Assembly: GCA_963828885.1 (NCBI GenBank)
Contig: CAWHGC010000010.1
Location: 28,915 to 92,914 of the forward strand
Direction: 5' to 3'
Source of the DNA: an uncultured Actinomycetes bacterium
Lineage (GTDB): Bacteria > Actinomycetota > UBA4738 > HRBIN12
DNA: 64,000 nucleotides
The notes under the pieces were generated by a model, which had not been told where the DNA came from, did not search any database, and worked only from the letters and a program-made list of their open reading frames with translations. This document shows positions 49,125 to 60,128 of this stretch, one piece after another. Numbering within the stretch: position 1 is the first letter of the stretch; each line of letters begins with the position of its first letter. Position numbers and translations under genes: made by a program.

Positions 49125-49493
49125 CTACTGGAGTGCCCGCGCCTTCATGGACTCGTACTCCTCGGGCGTGATCTTGCCCTCGTCGCGGAGCTTGCCGAGC
49201 TTCTCGATCTCGTCGGCCGCGGAGTAGCCCGAGACCCGGCGCTGCATCTCTTCGGCTTCCGCGATCTGGCGCCGGTCCTGCTCGGTCATCTTCGGCCGGG
49301 CGATCATGTAGATCAGGCAGCCGAGGAACGGCAGGATGATGATGAGGATGATCCATCCGGCTTTCGCTCCGCCGCCCAGATCCTCGCGGCCGAAGATGTC
49401 GGCGAAGATCCGGATGAAGATCCAGATGAACATGAACCAGAAGTAGAAGACGAGGAACGACAGGAACACGTCGCCGAACGACCAACTATTCAC
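49125..49493 (-). CDS. Small membrane protein with PLD-nuclease-N-type TM domain and C-terminal SHOCT domain
   Basis: Intact 122 aa: ...FWFMFIWIFIRIFADIF...GWIILIIILPFLGCLIYMIARP...ADEIEKLGKLRDEGKITPEEYESMKARAL. Locally lower GC. Confidence 0.75.
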   Translation of the reverse strand: MNSWSFGDVFLSFLVFYFWFMFIWIFIRIFADIFGREDLGGGAKAGWIILIIILPFLGCLIYMIARPKMTEQDRRQIAEAEEMQRRVSGYSAADEIEKLGKLRDEGKITPEEYESMKARALQ

Positions 49494-49612
49494 CGCAACT
49501 CACCTTTCGATCGGGAACCAACGCTGCGCATCCTGGCAGCGACTTCGAGGACTGTCAAAGCCGGCGCCGTGGGTGAATCATGACTGGAGACCATCGGCCC
49601 CCCAGGGCACGC

Positions 49613-51001
49613 TCAGGGCTGAGGCGTGCCCGGGGGTGGGGCGACCTCGCCGCCCACGTCGCTCCTCGGGCCGGCCGTCGCGACGCGATACACGAACAGC
49701 TCACACCCGCCCAGGAGCAGTGCGACGAGCAGGAGCCCCCCGATCGTGAGGTCCACGAGGAGCAGGATGATCACGCCGACGGCGGCGATCGCCATCATGA
49801 CCGCGTCTCGGTGTGCCGTCACCCACGCGGCCTCGCGCGGGCGGGCTCCCTCGCGGAAGGCACCGCCGGCCGCGACGCCCAGCTCGCGGACCCAGGTGCG
49901 CCCGCGGACCGCCCAGGGATACGGGCCCGTCACGAGCGCCACGACCAATACGACGAGCGCGATGGCGAGGAGCCAGGCCGTGTAGGTCAGCAGGCTGCCG
50001 AGCACCTGGTCGACGACGGCCTTGGCGGCCGCGCGGTTCTCCTCGCGCGCCTGATCCACCACACGGTTCGAGGCGGCGATCGCGAACCGCCGCTCGAGGA
50101 CGAGCACCACGGCGAACGCGGCCGAGAGCTGCACGAGCGTCCGCCGCTTCCGGACGGACAACGCGATCGCCGCTGCGCCGAACGCGACGAAGAGCAGCAC
50201 GAACAGGACGACGCTGCGCCCGAAGATGTCCACCGCGCGCTGCGCCGTCGCCAGTTCGTCGCCGTCGTAGATCACGATGGTCCCGAACTGGTCCGGCAGG
50301 TTCACGCCGAGCGCGGCCTCCAGCTTCGGGATGACCTCGGAGGGCACCTCCTGCGCAGAGATCGCGGGCAGCGAGACGTCCCGCCCGATCAGCTCCGTCG
50401 CGACGCTCGACACCTGCCGCAGCGCCTCGTTCACGAGCGGGAGCAGGTTCAGGACGACCTGTCCGTCCTTCGTCGCGAGCGTCCCCTCCTCACCCTCGAG
50501 GGCGGCGATCAGCTGGCCGTGGACGAAGCGATTGGCCTCCGTCCAATAGGTGGCGAACGCGTCGCTCGAGACGAGCGCCTGCACCTTCTCCTGCACGAAG
50601 CCACGGACCGAATCGGTGATCGGACCCGCGAGGAAGGCGAGACGCGCGTCCCGCTCGGTCAGCGCCGCGCTGAGCCGATCCTCGACGGAGAGTCCGTCGA
50701 ACACGGCGGACGTGATCGTCCTCGTCAGGTATTCCTGGACCGCCGGGTGCTGGGCGAGCGGCCCCACCACGGCGACGTACCGATCCGTATCGAGCAGGGT
50801 GCGACGAGCCCAGGCGCCGGGGACCGCCGCGGCGAAGGAGACGACGGCGAGGACGACGAGGAGCGGAGCGAGGATCCGGCGCGTCCGCTGCCTGCGCTCG
50901 GGCCTCGCCTCCAGGCGCTCGACCTGCTCCCGCAGACGGTCGCGCTCGGCCTGGAGCTCGTCGATGTTCGGTTCGGTGGGGTCGGCCGGCGGCTGGGACA
51001 T
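49613..51001 (-). CDS. Large integral membrane protein (coiled-coil N-terminus, extracytoplasmic domain, C-terminal TM bundle), unknown function
   Basis: Intact 462-aa ORF with protein-like composition and several TM stretches. Confidence 0.6.
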   Translation of the reverse strand: MSQPPADPTEPNIDELQAERDRLREQVERLEARPERRQRTRRILAPLLVVLAVVSFAAAVPGAWARRTLLDTDRYVAVVGPLAQHPAVQEYLTRTITSAVFDGLSVEDRLSAALTERDARLAFLAGPITDSVRGFVQEKVQALVSSDAFATYWTEANRFVHGQLIAALEGEEGTLATKDGQVVLNLLPLVNEALRQVSSVATELIGRDVSLPAISAQEVPSEVIPKLEAALGVNLPDQFGTIVIYDGDELATAQRAVDIFGRSVVLFVLLFVAFGAAAIALSVRKRRTLVQLSAAFAVVLVLERRFAIAASNRVVDQAREENRAAAKAVVDQVLGSLLTYTAWLLAIALVVLVVALVTGPYPWAVRGRTWVRELGVAAGGAFREGARPREAAWVTAHRDAVMMAIAAVGVIILLLVDLTIGGLLLVALLLGGCELFVYRVATAGPRSDVGGEVAPPPGTPQP

Positions 51002-51085
51002 GAGCGGGATGCTATCCCAATGCTCCGATGACTCGCTCGCCCGAGCGATGCCCGGCGTGCCTGGCGGCTGCTACGTTCCGAGCCG

Positions 51086-51571
51086 ATGGTTCGTCCAGAT
51101 TGGATCCAGCGCGAGCACTTCGCGGCCGGCGCGATCTACGGCACGGTCGTCTACGTCTCGATCCTCGTGCTCCTGGAGGAGGACGGGACCGATCCTGCCA
51201 ACGCCGCGGCGATCCTCGCCGGGACCGCCCTCGTGTTCTGGCTCGCCCACATCTACGCGCACCTCGTCCCGCGGATCGCCGCGGAGGGTCGTCTGCGCAC
51301 GGGGCGCTTCCTCGAGACGGCACGGGAGCAGGCGGGGATCCTGGCGGCGGCCGCGATCCCCATGGTGCCGCTCGTCCTCGCGATGCTGGGTCTCCTGGAC
51401 GATCGGACCGGGATGTGGGTGGCCACCGCGGCCGGCCTGGCGTCCCTGGCCGGGTTCTCCGTCATGGAGGCCCGGGCGGCGGGGGCCGGGTGGTTGCGGT
51501 CGTTCTGGATCGCCGCGGTCCTGCTCGCCGGGGGCCTCGTCCTGCTGAGGCTCGAGGTCGCCCTGCACTGA
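51086..51571 (+). CDS. Hypothetical polytopic membrane protein
   Basis: Intact 161-aa ORF, 4-5 TM: ...GTVVYVSILVLLEE...ALVFWLAHIYAHLVPR... Confidence 0.55.
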   Translation: MVRPDWIQREHFAAGAIYGTVVYVSILVLLEEDGTDPANAAAILAGTALVFWLAHIYAHLVPRIAAEGRLRTGRFLETAREQAGILAAAAIPMVPLVLAMLGLLDDRTGMWVATAAGLASLAGFSVMEARAAGAGWLRSFWIAAVLLAGGLVLLRLEVALH

Positions 51572-51680
51572 CGGCCCGTCTGCCGACTGCGATTGATTGT
51601 CGGCGCAGGACGGGTGATGATTCGCGCCTGGAACCTGATCCCGGTGAGGGATCAGGGACGATCGAGGAGGGGGATACGCC

Positions 51681-52073
51681 ATGCAACGGAAGAGCAGCTG
51701 GGCGATCGGCTTCACGATGTTCGCCGCGGTCATCCTGCTGATGGCCGGGTCAGCCCAGATCATCGCCGGGCTGGCGGGGATCTTCGAGAACAAGTTCTAC
51801 GTGCCGACGCCGAACTACTGGCTCGAGTTCGACGCGTCCCTGTGGGGATGGTTCCACCTGGGATGGGGCGTGCTCGTGCTGGTCGGAGGCCTGGGACTGC
51901 TCCAGGGGTCGATGTGGGGCCGGACGCTCGGAGTGATCGCCGCGGTGGGAAGCGCGATCATGAACTTCGCGTTCATCCCGCACTATCCGGTGTGGTCGAT
52001 CGTCATCATCGCGCTCGACGTCGCCGTCATCTGGGCGCTGACCGCGCACGGGACGGATATCGCCGCTCCGTAG
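51681..52073 (+). CDS. Conserved actinobacterial 4-TM membrane protein (DUF7144-like as I recall it)
   Basis: Intact 130 aa: MQRKSSWAIGFTMFAAVILLMAGSAQIIAGLAGIFENKFYV...WGWFHLGWGVLVLVGG...; GAGGAGGGGG SD. Confidence 0.6.
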   Translation: MQRKSSWAIGFTMFAAVILLMAGSAQIIAGLAGIFENKFYVPTPNYWLEFDASLWGWFHLGWGVLVLVGGLGLLQGSMWGRTLGVIAAVGSAIMNFAFIPHYPVWSIVIIALDVAVIWALTAHGTDIAAP

Positions 52074-52196
52074 ATCGTCGTTCGTCCGTTCGCCGACGGT
52101 GCCGGGGCACCGTCGGCGAGGCCGACCGCCCTGCTCCCGTTCTGAGCGGGAGGGTACGCTGAGTTGAACGCTCTGCATCTCAGCGAGGGAGGTGCC

Positions 52197-54412
52197 ATGG
52201 ACGAGCACGCCACAGCCACGGAGGGAGCGGCGCGCCGACCGACCCCGCTCGACCCGTACCCCGAGCCCCGGCAGGAGGAGGGGAGCGGGGACGAGAAGTC
52301 GTACCCGCCGGAGATGGGCACGGACGCCATCGCGATCCTGGAGGGGCGCACGTTCATGCTGTCGGATGCGTCCGGCAACGTGCCTCCGGGATCGACCGGC
52401 GGCCTGCTCCACGACGACACGCGCTTCGTGAGCCGGTGGGAGCTGACCCTCGACGGTCAGCCACTGTCGCTGCTGAAGTCGGGGACGGTCGACTACTACT
52501 CGGCGTCGTTCTTCCTCAGCAATCCCGATCTCCCGAAGATCCGCGCGAACGGCCTCGCGGTCCGGCGCCTGCGCTTCGTCGGGGGTGGCGTGACGGAGCA
52601 GATCGCCGTGGTGAACGCGTCGTTGGAGACCGTTCGGTTCGAGTTGCGTCTGGCGTGCGGTGTGGACTTCGCCGATCTGTTCGAGGTGAAGAGCAAGGTC
52701 CGCGATCGGAGCGGGAGCACCAGCATCGACGGCTCGTCGGACGACGACTCCCTGCGGTTCCGGTACGAGGTTCCCGGCTTCCTGGCGGAGACGACCGTCC
52801 GGGTCGACCGGAGCGACATCGGGGATGCCGCGACCGAGGAGGTCATCGGTCACGCGCCGGTCCGCGTCGAGGGCACCGATCTGGTGTGGGACGTGGAGCT
52901 GGCACCCCGCACCCTGCTCCTGACGATCGTCAAGGTGGGGCTCCGCCTCAACGACCAGGCGCTCGAGCCCACCCACGAGGGGTTCGGGGAGCGGCAGGAG
53001 CCGGTCGACGGACCGCTCAGCCGGTGGCTGGAGAGCGTCCCGAGCTTCGAGTCGGACGGCGCCGTGCTCAAGAGCGTGTTCGACCGGTCGGTCATCGACC
53101 TCGCAGCGCTCCGGATCACCGACGAGGTCAAGGGAGAGCCGGTCGTTCTGCCGGCCGCCGGGCTGCCGTGGTTCATGACGCTGTTCGGTCGCGACACCCT
53201 CATCACCTCGCTCCAGACGCTCTGGGTGGGACCGCAGCTGTCGCGGGGCGCGCTGCACCTCCTGGGGGAGCTCCAGGGGACGAAGGTGGACGAGTTCCGC
53301 GACGAGGAGCCCGGCCGGATCCTGCACGAGGTCAGGAGCGGCGAGCTGACGCTCTCCGGGGAGAAGCCGCACAGCCCGTACTACGGGACGGCCGACGCGA
53401 CCCCGCTCTGGCTGATCCTGCTGTCGGAGTACTGGCGATGGACCGGCGACGACGCGTTCGTGCGCGACCGGTGGCCGCGGGTGCTCGCGGCGCTCGAGTG
53501 GATCGACCGGTACGGCGACCGCGACGGCGACGGGTACCTCGAGTACGGCACCCGGTCGTCACAGGGCCTCGGCAACCAATGCTGGAAGGACTCGTGGGAC
53601 GGGATCCAGTTCTCCGACGGACACATCCCGTACCTCCCGATCGCCACGGCGGAGATCCAGGGCTACGTGTACGACGCGAAGGTGCGGATGGCCGAGCTCG
53701 CCGAGCGCGTGATGGACGACCTCGAGGCCGCCGCCGGACTCCGCAAGGAGTCGGAACAGCTGTACGAGCGCTTCAACCGGGACTTCTGGTCCGACGATCG
53801 CGGCGGCTACTACATCGTCGGACTGGACGGTGACAAGCAGCCGATCGACTCCATGACGTCGAACATGGGTCACCTGCTCTGGTCGGGGATCGTGCCCGAG
53901 GACCGCGCCCGCATCGTCGCCGACCACCTCATGTCCGACCAGTTGTTCTCGGGATGGGGTGTGCGCACGATCTCGCGGCAGGACCGCGGCTACAACCCGA
54001 TCGGGTACCACGTGGGGACGATCTGGCCCCACGACAACGCGATCGTGGCGATGGGGCTCGCCCGCCACGGGTTCCGCGACGAGGCGAATCGGATCGCACT
54101 GGCGCAGATCGAGGCCGCCTCGCACTCCGCGTTCCGCCTGCCCGAGGCGTTCGCCGGGTTCGAGCGCTGGATCAGCAGGTTCCCGGTCCCGTACCCCACC
54201 GCGTGCAGTCCGCAGGCGTGGGCGACCGGGGCACCGTTCATGTTCGTGAAGACGATGCTCGGGCTCGACGCGAGCGAGGGCGAGATCCGACTCGACCCCC
54301 ACGTGCCCGATGAGATCGGGCGCATCGCCGTGCACGGCCTCTCCGCGTTCGGCGCGATCGTGGGACGTGGAGGCGGTGGGCGCAGAAGGGCCACGTGCGG
54401 CTGGCGCGCTGA
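52197..54412 (+). pseudogene. Amylo-alpha-1,6-glucosidase / glycogen-debranching-enzyme-type protein (N-terminal GDE domain + six-hairpin glucosidase domain), frame breaks in the last ~60 nt
   Basis: ...LPWFMTLFGRDTLITSL...EPGRILHE...YYGTADATPLWLILL...GNQCWKDSWD...GYHVGTIWPHDNAI. Tail ARSWDVEAVGA / EGHVRLAR-stop in other frames. Confidence 0.82.
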
Positions 54413-54465
54413 CGGCTGGCGGCGCCCCGGTCGACGGAACGCCCCGCCCAGGGGATGATGCGGGG

Positions 54466-55428
54466 ATGCGAGAGGTCGCTCAGGCACCCGCGAGCGGGTC
54501 GAACCGGCAGGAACGGACCGTCCTCGCGGTTCGTCCCGTGACGGCCCCGGCCGTCGAGCTGGGCAGGATCGTCGAGTTCGGGCTGCGGATCGCCGTCGGG
54601 GCCGCAAGCCTCGCGACGGCCGTCGTGATCGCAGCCCTCGATCGCAGCGGATCGACGACCGGCGAGACCCCCCAGCGTGATGCGGGGCCGCCCTCGGGCC
54701 TGCCGCTGCTCGCCGGCGCCGTGCTCGGCCTCACGACCCAGGCCGCCCGGCTCGGGATCCGCGCGGTGGGCGCGATGACGGCGGTGGCCGAACCGTTCGT
54801 CTCCGCGGTCTCGCTGTTCGCGCCCGGCCTCGACGCGCTCGATCGCCGCACCTCGAGCCTGAATCGCCGGTGGCTGATCGAGCGGGCCAGGAACGAGGAG
54901 GCCGCGCTGGCGTTCGCGTCCGAGGTGATGCCCGAGCTCGTGTCGAGGATGCTCGACCAGCTGGATCTGACGGAGATCGTCCGGACCCGCGTGGACCTCA
55001 ACCGGATCGTGCAGGAGGTGGACATCGACGCGATCGCCGCCCGCATCGACCTCGACCCGATCCTGGAGCGCGTGGATGTGGACGAGATCGCCGCCGACCT
55101 CGACGTGGACGCCGTGGTGGCGCGGGTCGACATCGAACGCGTCGTCGATCGGGTGGACGTCGACGCGGTGGCTGCCAAGCTCGACCTGGACGCGGTCGTC
55201 GGGCGGATGGACCTGGCGGCGATCGCGACCCGGGTCCTCGACGAGCTGGATCTCCCCGCCATCATCCGCGGGTCCTCGGCCGACATGGCCACCGAGACGG
55301 TCGACGGGATCCGGATGCAGAGCATGAACGCGGACCGCCTCGTCGCACGTCTGGTGGACCGAGCGCTCCATCGCACCGGCAACGGACGGGGGACCGCGCC
55401 GCCCGCTCCCGCGGGGGAGGCGGATTGA
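54466..55428 (+). CDS. Hypothetical protein with hydrophobic N-region and ten tandem 9-residue (V/L)D(L/V/I)Dxhxxx repeats (h = hydrophobic)
   Basis: Met53 of ORF 54310..55428: ...LDLTEIVRTR VDLNRIVQE VDIDAIAAR IDLDPILER VDVDEIAAD LDVDAVVAR VDIERVVDR VDVDAVAAK LDLDAVVGR MDLAAIATR... Confidence 0.65.
   Translation: MREVAQAPASGSNRQERTVLAVRPVTAPAVELGRIVEFGLRIAVGAASLATAVVIAALDRSGSTTGETPQRDAGPPSGLPLLAGAVLGLTTQAARLGIRAVGAMTAVAEPFVSAVSLFAPGLDALDRRTSSLNRRWLIERARNEEAALAFASEVMPELVSRMLDQLDLTEIVRTRVDLNRIVQEVDIDAIAARIDLDPILERVDVDEIAADLDVDAVVARVDIERVVDRVDVDAVAAKLDLDAVVGRMDLAAIATRVLDELDLPAIIRGSSADMATETVDGIRMQSMNADRLVARLVDRALHRTGNGRGTAPPAPAGEAD
54961..55233 (+). repeat. Ten tandem 27-bp coding repeats (first unit 30 bp)
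   Basis: Period counted directly at both nucleotide and peptide level. Confidence 0.9.
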
Positions 55429-55916
55429 CGGCCTCGGTCGTTCCGGCGGCCGACACGAACGAGAGAGCCGGCCTGGTCTCCCGGACCGTGGCGGCAGTGG
55501 TCGATATCGCCGTCGTGCTGCTGGCGGTCCTCGTGGGCTACCTCGGAGTGGCCGGCGCCAGGCTGGTGGTCCGGCCCCGAACGTTCGCCTGGCCGGAGCC
55601 GGGCTCCGCCGCGCTGACCACGATCGCCGTCCTCGTGATGGTCGTGTACCTCGGGGCCCTCTGGTCCACGACCGGACGAACCGGCGGTGATCAGCTCATG
55701 GGCATCCGGGTCGTGAACGACCGCGGCGAGCGCATCGGCATGGCGCGGGCGCTGGCGCGGTCGGCGCTGTGCGTGGTCTTCCCCGTCGGCCTGCTGTGGT
55801 GCGCGGTCGACCAGCGCCGACGCTCGGTGCAGGACGTGCTCATCCACACCACCGTCATCTACGACTGGCGGGCCCGGATCCTTCCTCAGGCCGGGGCGAC
55901 CCGAGCAGACGCATGA
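55425..55916 (+). CDS. RDD-family membrane protein
   Basis: TTG 55425 (TTGA overlap, GGGGGAGG upstream): ...RAGLVSRTVAAVVDIAVVLLAVLVGYL...GGDQLMGIRVVNDRGERIG...VQDVLIHTTVI. Confidence 0.72.
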   Translation: MTASVVPAADTNERAGLVSRTVAAVVDIAVVLLAVLVGYLGVAGARLVVRPRTFAWPEPGSAALTTIAVLVMVVYLGALWSTTGRTGGDQLMGIRVVNDRGERIGMARALARSALCVVFPVGLLWCAVDQRRRSVQDVLIHTTVIYDWRARILPQAGATRADA

Positions 55917-56638
55917 CCCCAGCGACGGAGGACGACGCACAGGAACCTGCCGCGATCGGGGCTCGACGCGGTTGGTCGTTGAAGCGTCGCCTCGTGGAAC
56001 CGGATGCCTACGGCGCGTTGCTGATCCTCGTGCTGCTGTCCATCATCGTCAGCGCGTTCGCGGGCGACCCCATCACCTCAGCGCTCGTCATCGCCTTCCA
56101 GGCCGCAGTGCTGACGTTCGCGATGTGGACGTCGCGAGCACCACGTCGGCTCGTCATCGTCTTCGGCATCGGATCCGGGGCCGCCGTCATCGCCGGTGTC
56201 ATGTCGAACTTCACCGGACACACCACGGGCGACGTCATGAGCGGCATCGCCAGCATGACCCTGTCGCTCGCCGCCATCGTCGCCGTCGTGCGACGCCTCG
56301 TCTCGCATCCAGTGGTGGACGGCGCCACGGTCCTCGGCGCCCTGTGCGTGTATCTGCTCCTCGGTCTGTTCTTCGCGTCGGTCTACGGCGTCGCCGCGGC
56401 GATCGGTCCCGGCCCGTTGTTCGCCCAGGAGGGGCTCGGGGACGGTTCGTCGGTCGACCGGATCTACTTCAGCTACGTGACGATCACCACGGTCGGGTAC
56501 GGGGACATCACGGTCAGCGCCGACGTCTCCAGGATGCTGGCGATCTCCGAGGCGTTGCTGGGACAGATCTATCTGGTGACCGTGGTCGCGCTGCTCGTGA
56601 GCAACATGGGACGGCAGCGCCGCGGACGATCCACGTGA
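55913..56638 (+). CDS. Potassium channel family protein (TVGYGD selectivity filter)
   Basis: ATGA overlap. 241 aa: ...IYFSYVTITTVGYGDITV...LLGQIYLVTVVALLVSN. Confidence 0.85.
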   Translation: MTPATEDDAQEPAAIGARRGWSLKRRLVEPDAYGALLILVLLSIIVSAFAGDPITSALVIAFQAAVLTFAMWTSRAPRRLVIVFGIGSGAAVIAGVMSNFTGHTTGDVMSGIASMTLSLAAIVAVVRRLVSHPVVDGATVLGALCVYLLLGLFFASVYGVAAAIGPGPLFAQEGLGDGSSVDRIYFSYVTITTVGYGDITVSADVSRMLAISEALLGQIYLVTVVALLVSNMGRQRRGRST

Positions 56639-56639
56639 C

Positions 56640-57619
56640 CTAGGGCGCTCTCAGCGTCTTCGCCACGACCAGCCATCTACGCCGCAGGCGCATGCCCGCT
56701 CGTTCGTAGAGGCGCGTTGCGCCCGTCGTGTTGTCGCGGTCGACGTTCAGCATCACGGTCGCCACGTCTCGGCCGCGGAACGTCGCGAACGCCGCGTGCA
56801 GGAGTGCCTCGCCGATGCCGCGCCGGCGCCAGGCGTCCCGCACCGCGAGCGAGCCGACCCATCCCCGGCCGTCCGTCACGTTGCCCTGCAGGGCCCCGAC
56901 GATCTCGTCGCCCTCGAGGGCGACGAACCAGAGCGTCGGGTCGAAGGTGGCCGACACGTGCCATTGCTGCAGCCACTCCTCGTAGGGCTCCGGGCGGTAT
57001 CCCCAGTGCTGCCGGAACCCCTCGTCCATCACGGTGAAGATCCCCGGATCGTCGCCCTCGGTGCGCGGCCGGATCGCGATGCCGGCCGGCGCATCGCCCG
57101 CGTCGAGACCCGTCCCGCACGTCGATCTGCATGTGCATGAACTCGCGCTCCGGCCGGTACCCGAGGCGCTCGAACAGCGCGCGGGCCCCCGATGAGTCGG
57201 GAGCACGGGCGCCGGACGCGTCGGCGTCGAAGGACTGGTGCACGCGCAGCGCGGAGCCGGCCGGCACCTTCTCCAGGTCGCGGGCGGCCCGGCGCCTCCA
57301 CCGCCAGCACGAGCGCGGTGCCGATCCCCAGCCCCCGGGAGCGTGGGTGGACCCAGCCGGCGGAGTCGAAGATCGTGAACGGCTCCTCGTCCCACGTGTA
57401 CGCGAACGCGACGATCTCGCCCGCCGGCTCCATGACGACCCAAGTGTCGGTCGTCACGTCGAAGCGCGGGCGCACCCAATCGTCGCGCACCCAATCCTCG
57501 TGCATGTCGACCTCACCGAAGTCCTCGAGGTCGCACGCCCTGCCGACCGCGACGACGGCCGGGGTGTCGTCGAGGGTCGCCGCACGCATCGCGTAGCCGT
57601 CGGGAAGGATGCTCTGCAT
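56640..57619 (-). pseudogene. Two-domain GNAT acetyltransferase (MshD-like architecture), at least 2 frame breaks
   Basis: MQSILPDGYAMRAATLDDTPAVVAV...WVHPRSRGLGIGTALV / ...ALFERLGYRPEREFMHMQIDV / ...VGSLAVRDAWRRRGIGEALLHAA...ATRLYERAGMR. Confidence 0.75.
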
Positions 57620-57674
57620 CGAGGCATCGTATCGGCGGATCCCACGCCGGGCCCCGCCGTGGGACCCTGGGCGC

Positions 57675-59016
57675 ATGGCGTCCGCACCGCAGCGTGGGTC
57701 CGTTCCGCCGGGCCCGGCCGTGTCGGGCCTCGCCGCGCTCCGCCGCTTCCGCCGCGACCCGATCGGCCTGCTGGAAGAGGCCGCGGCGTACGGCGACGTC
57801 TCGGCCCTGCGCCTGCCGAGGTTCCCGGTCGTGCTGCTGAACCACCCGGACCTCGCGCGCGAGGTGCTCGTCGGCTCGAACCGGGCGTTCCGCAAGGGGC
57901 CGACGATGCAGGCGGCGAAGCGGATGATCGGCGACAGCCTGCTCACGACCGAGGGCGAGGAGCACCGTCGGCAGCGGCGGCTGATCCAGCCGCTGTTCCA
58001 CCACGAGCGGATCGCCGGGTACGCGGACGACATGGTCGAGCTCGCGGACCGCGCGGCCGACGGCTGGCTCGACGGGCAGCCCCTCGACGCGCATGCGGAG
58101 ATGGGGCGCCTGACGCTCGCGGTCGTCTCGCGCACGCTGTTCGGCACGGACCTGCCGGCCGAGGAGTCGCGCGCCATCGCCGGCGCACTGAGCGGGACGC
58201 TCGCGCAGTTCGACCGCGTCTTCTCACCGCTGCTGCCCATCACCGAGCGCCTGCCGCTGCCGGCGACGCGCCGGTTCCGCGCCGCGCACGAGACCTTCGA
58301 CCGCCTGGTGTACGGGCTGATCGAGCGCCGCCGCGCCGAGGGCGCGACCGGCGACGACCTGCTGTCGATGCTGCTGCGCGCGCAGGAGGCCGGTGCCGGC
58401 ATGACCGACACCCAGGTCCGCGACGAGGCCATCACGCTGTTCCTCGCCGGTCACGAGACCACCTCGAACGCCCTCACGTGGACCTGGTACCTCCTCTCCC
58501 GGCACCCGGACGTCCGCCGCGCGTGGCACGCCGAGCTGGACGAGGTCCTCGGCGACCGGCCGCCGGCCGCCGCCGACCTCGCGCGCCTGCCGCTCACCGA
58601 CGCGGTCCTGCACGAGGCGATCCGCCTGTACCCGCCCGCCTGGGCGATGGGCCGGACCGCCCTCGAGGTCCACCGCGGCCGGCGGGTTCGAGATCCCGGC
58701 CGGCACCACCGTCGTGGTGTCGCCGTGGCTCCTGCACCACGACGCTCGCTGGTTCCCCGACCCGCTGTCGTTCCGTCCCGAGCGGTGGCCGGACGGTCCC
58801 GAGCCCCGGCACGCCTACGTCCCGTTCGGAGCCGGGCCTCGGATGTGCATCGGGGAGCCCTTCGCGTGGATGGAGGCGGCGCTGCTGCTGGCGACGATCG
58901 GACGGCGGTGGGAGCTGGACCTGTCGCCGGACGCCCGCGTGGAGCTGCAGCCGGTCGTCACGCTCCGGCCGCGGCACGGGATGGCGATGATCGCCCGGCC
59001 TCGCCGAGCAGCCTGA
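57675..59016 (+). pseudogene. Cytochrome P450, one frame break near 58672
   Basis: ...FLAGHETTSNALTW...EAIRLYPPAW, then ORF 58714..59016: ...FRPERW...YVPFGAGPRMCIGEPFA. Confidence 0.88.
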
Positions 59017-60060
59017 GGTACTCGTCGCGCGCGGCGAAGGTCTCGCGCATCTCGTCGATGATGCCGGTCACGAGCTCGTCCCGGTAGTTCGAGTCCACGA
59101 CCATCGCGACCGTGTAGTACAGACCGGAGAACGCGGCCGTGCCGGTCGCCACACGCAGCAGCTCGTGCGTGAGGCCCAGCCGCGTGCCGACCAGCGGCAG
59201 GTCGTAGAGCCGCACCGGCGAGCCCAGCGCGGTCCAGACCTGCTGCGTGGCAGGCAGCACCAACAGCGTGCCGAACACGACGAAGAACACCCAGACGGCG
59301 AGCGTCACGAACAGCACCTGCAGCGCCTGGCTGACGAAGATCACCACGCCCACGTTGACGCGCTGCGCGCGCTGCAGCGGGACCTCGAGCCGGGATCCCC
59401 GCTCGAGGTCGCGCACCCCGGTCGGGATGCGGACCGACAGGAACAGCGAGCCGAGGAGCGCGAACAGCGCCAGCGCGAGCCCGTACCGCGCACCCTGCAC
59501 GCTCGCGAACATCTGCCAGTACTCGTTCGTGAAGAACGTGACGAGCGCGAAGAACAGCAGCAGCGGCAGCGCCCGCACCATGAGGCCCAGCGAGTCGCGC
59601 AGCTGCCCGACGAACCGCTCGCCGGCCCACCGCACGATCGCGAACACGCCGTAGGCGACGACGACGTACACGACGCCGAGCAGGACCAGCTGCGCCGCGA
59701 GCGTGACGAGGGCACTCCGCCACTGCCCGCCGAACACCAGGGGCAGGAGCGCCGGCAGCACGACGAACGCCACGAGCTCGGGCGTGCCCACCTTGCGCGG
59801 GATCGAGGCGAAGGGGCGGCCGCGGAGCACGTTGAGGACGCCCAGCGCGCCGAGCATCAGCGCGACGCCGCCGGCGAACGCGCCCACGTTCGCGAGCGCG
59901 GAGTCCCACGAGAGATTGATCGCGCCGAGCATCTCGACGACGAACACGAGTCCCAGGAAGGGAGGGCATGCGTGAAGACGTCCTCGGTGGCCGAGTAGCC
60001 CTCGATCAGGTTCGGCAGGCCGGCGCGGCGGAACCTGCGCTCGAGGTCGGGCACGCTCAT
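58958..60060 (-). pseudogene. Polytopic membrane protein, unknown function, one frame break near 59965
   Basis: MSVPDLERRFRRAGLPNLIEGYSATEDVFTHALP (ORF 59857..60138) joins FLGLVFVVEMLGAINLSW... (ORF 58958..60235). 3' end overlaps the P450 3' end. Confidence 0.55.
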
Positions 60061-60128
60061 GGCCGTATCCAACCACGAGGGCGCCCGCGTGCGGCGACGT
60101 TCGGCCCGGGCGGCGGTAGCGTAGGGCC

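Noticed and set aside
51634-51656. 9-bp stem cctgatccc-ggtga-gggatcagg in the leader of the 51681 gene, considered as a riboswitch.
   Set aside because: It is too small and has no recognisable riboswitch core. It may simply be part of the upstream terminator region (51575-51616).
54961-55233. Regular 27-bp repeats considered as a CRISPR-like or minisatellite array.
   Set aside because: There are no spacers, and the units are contiguous and in frame within a coding sequence. It is a protein repeat.
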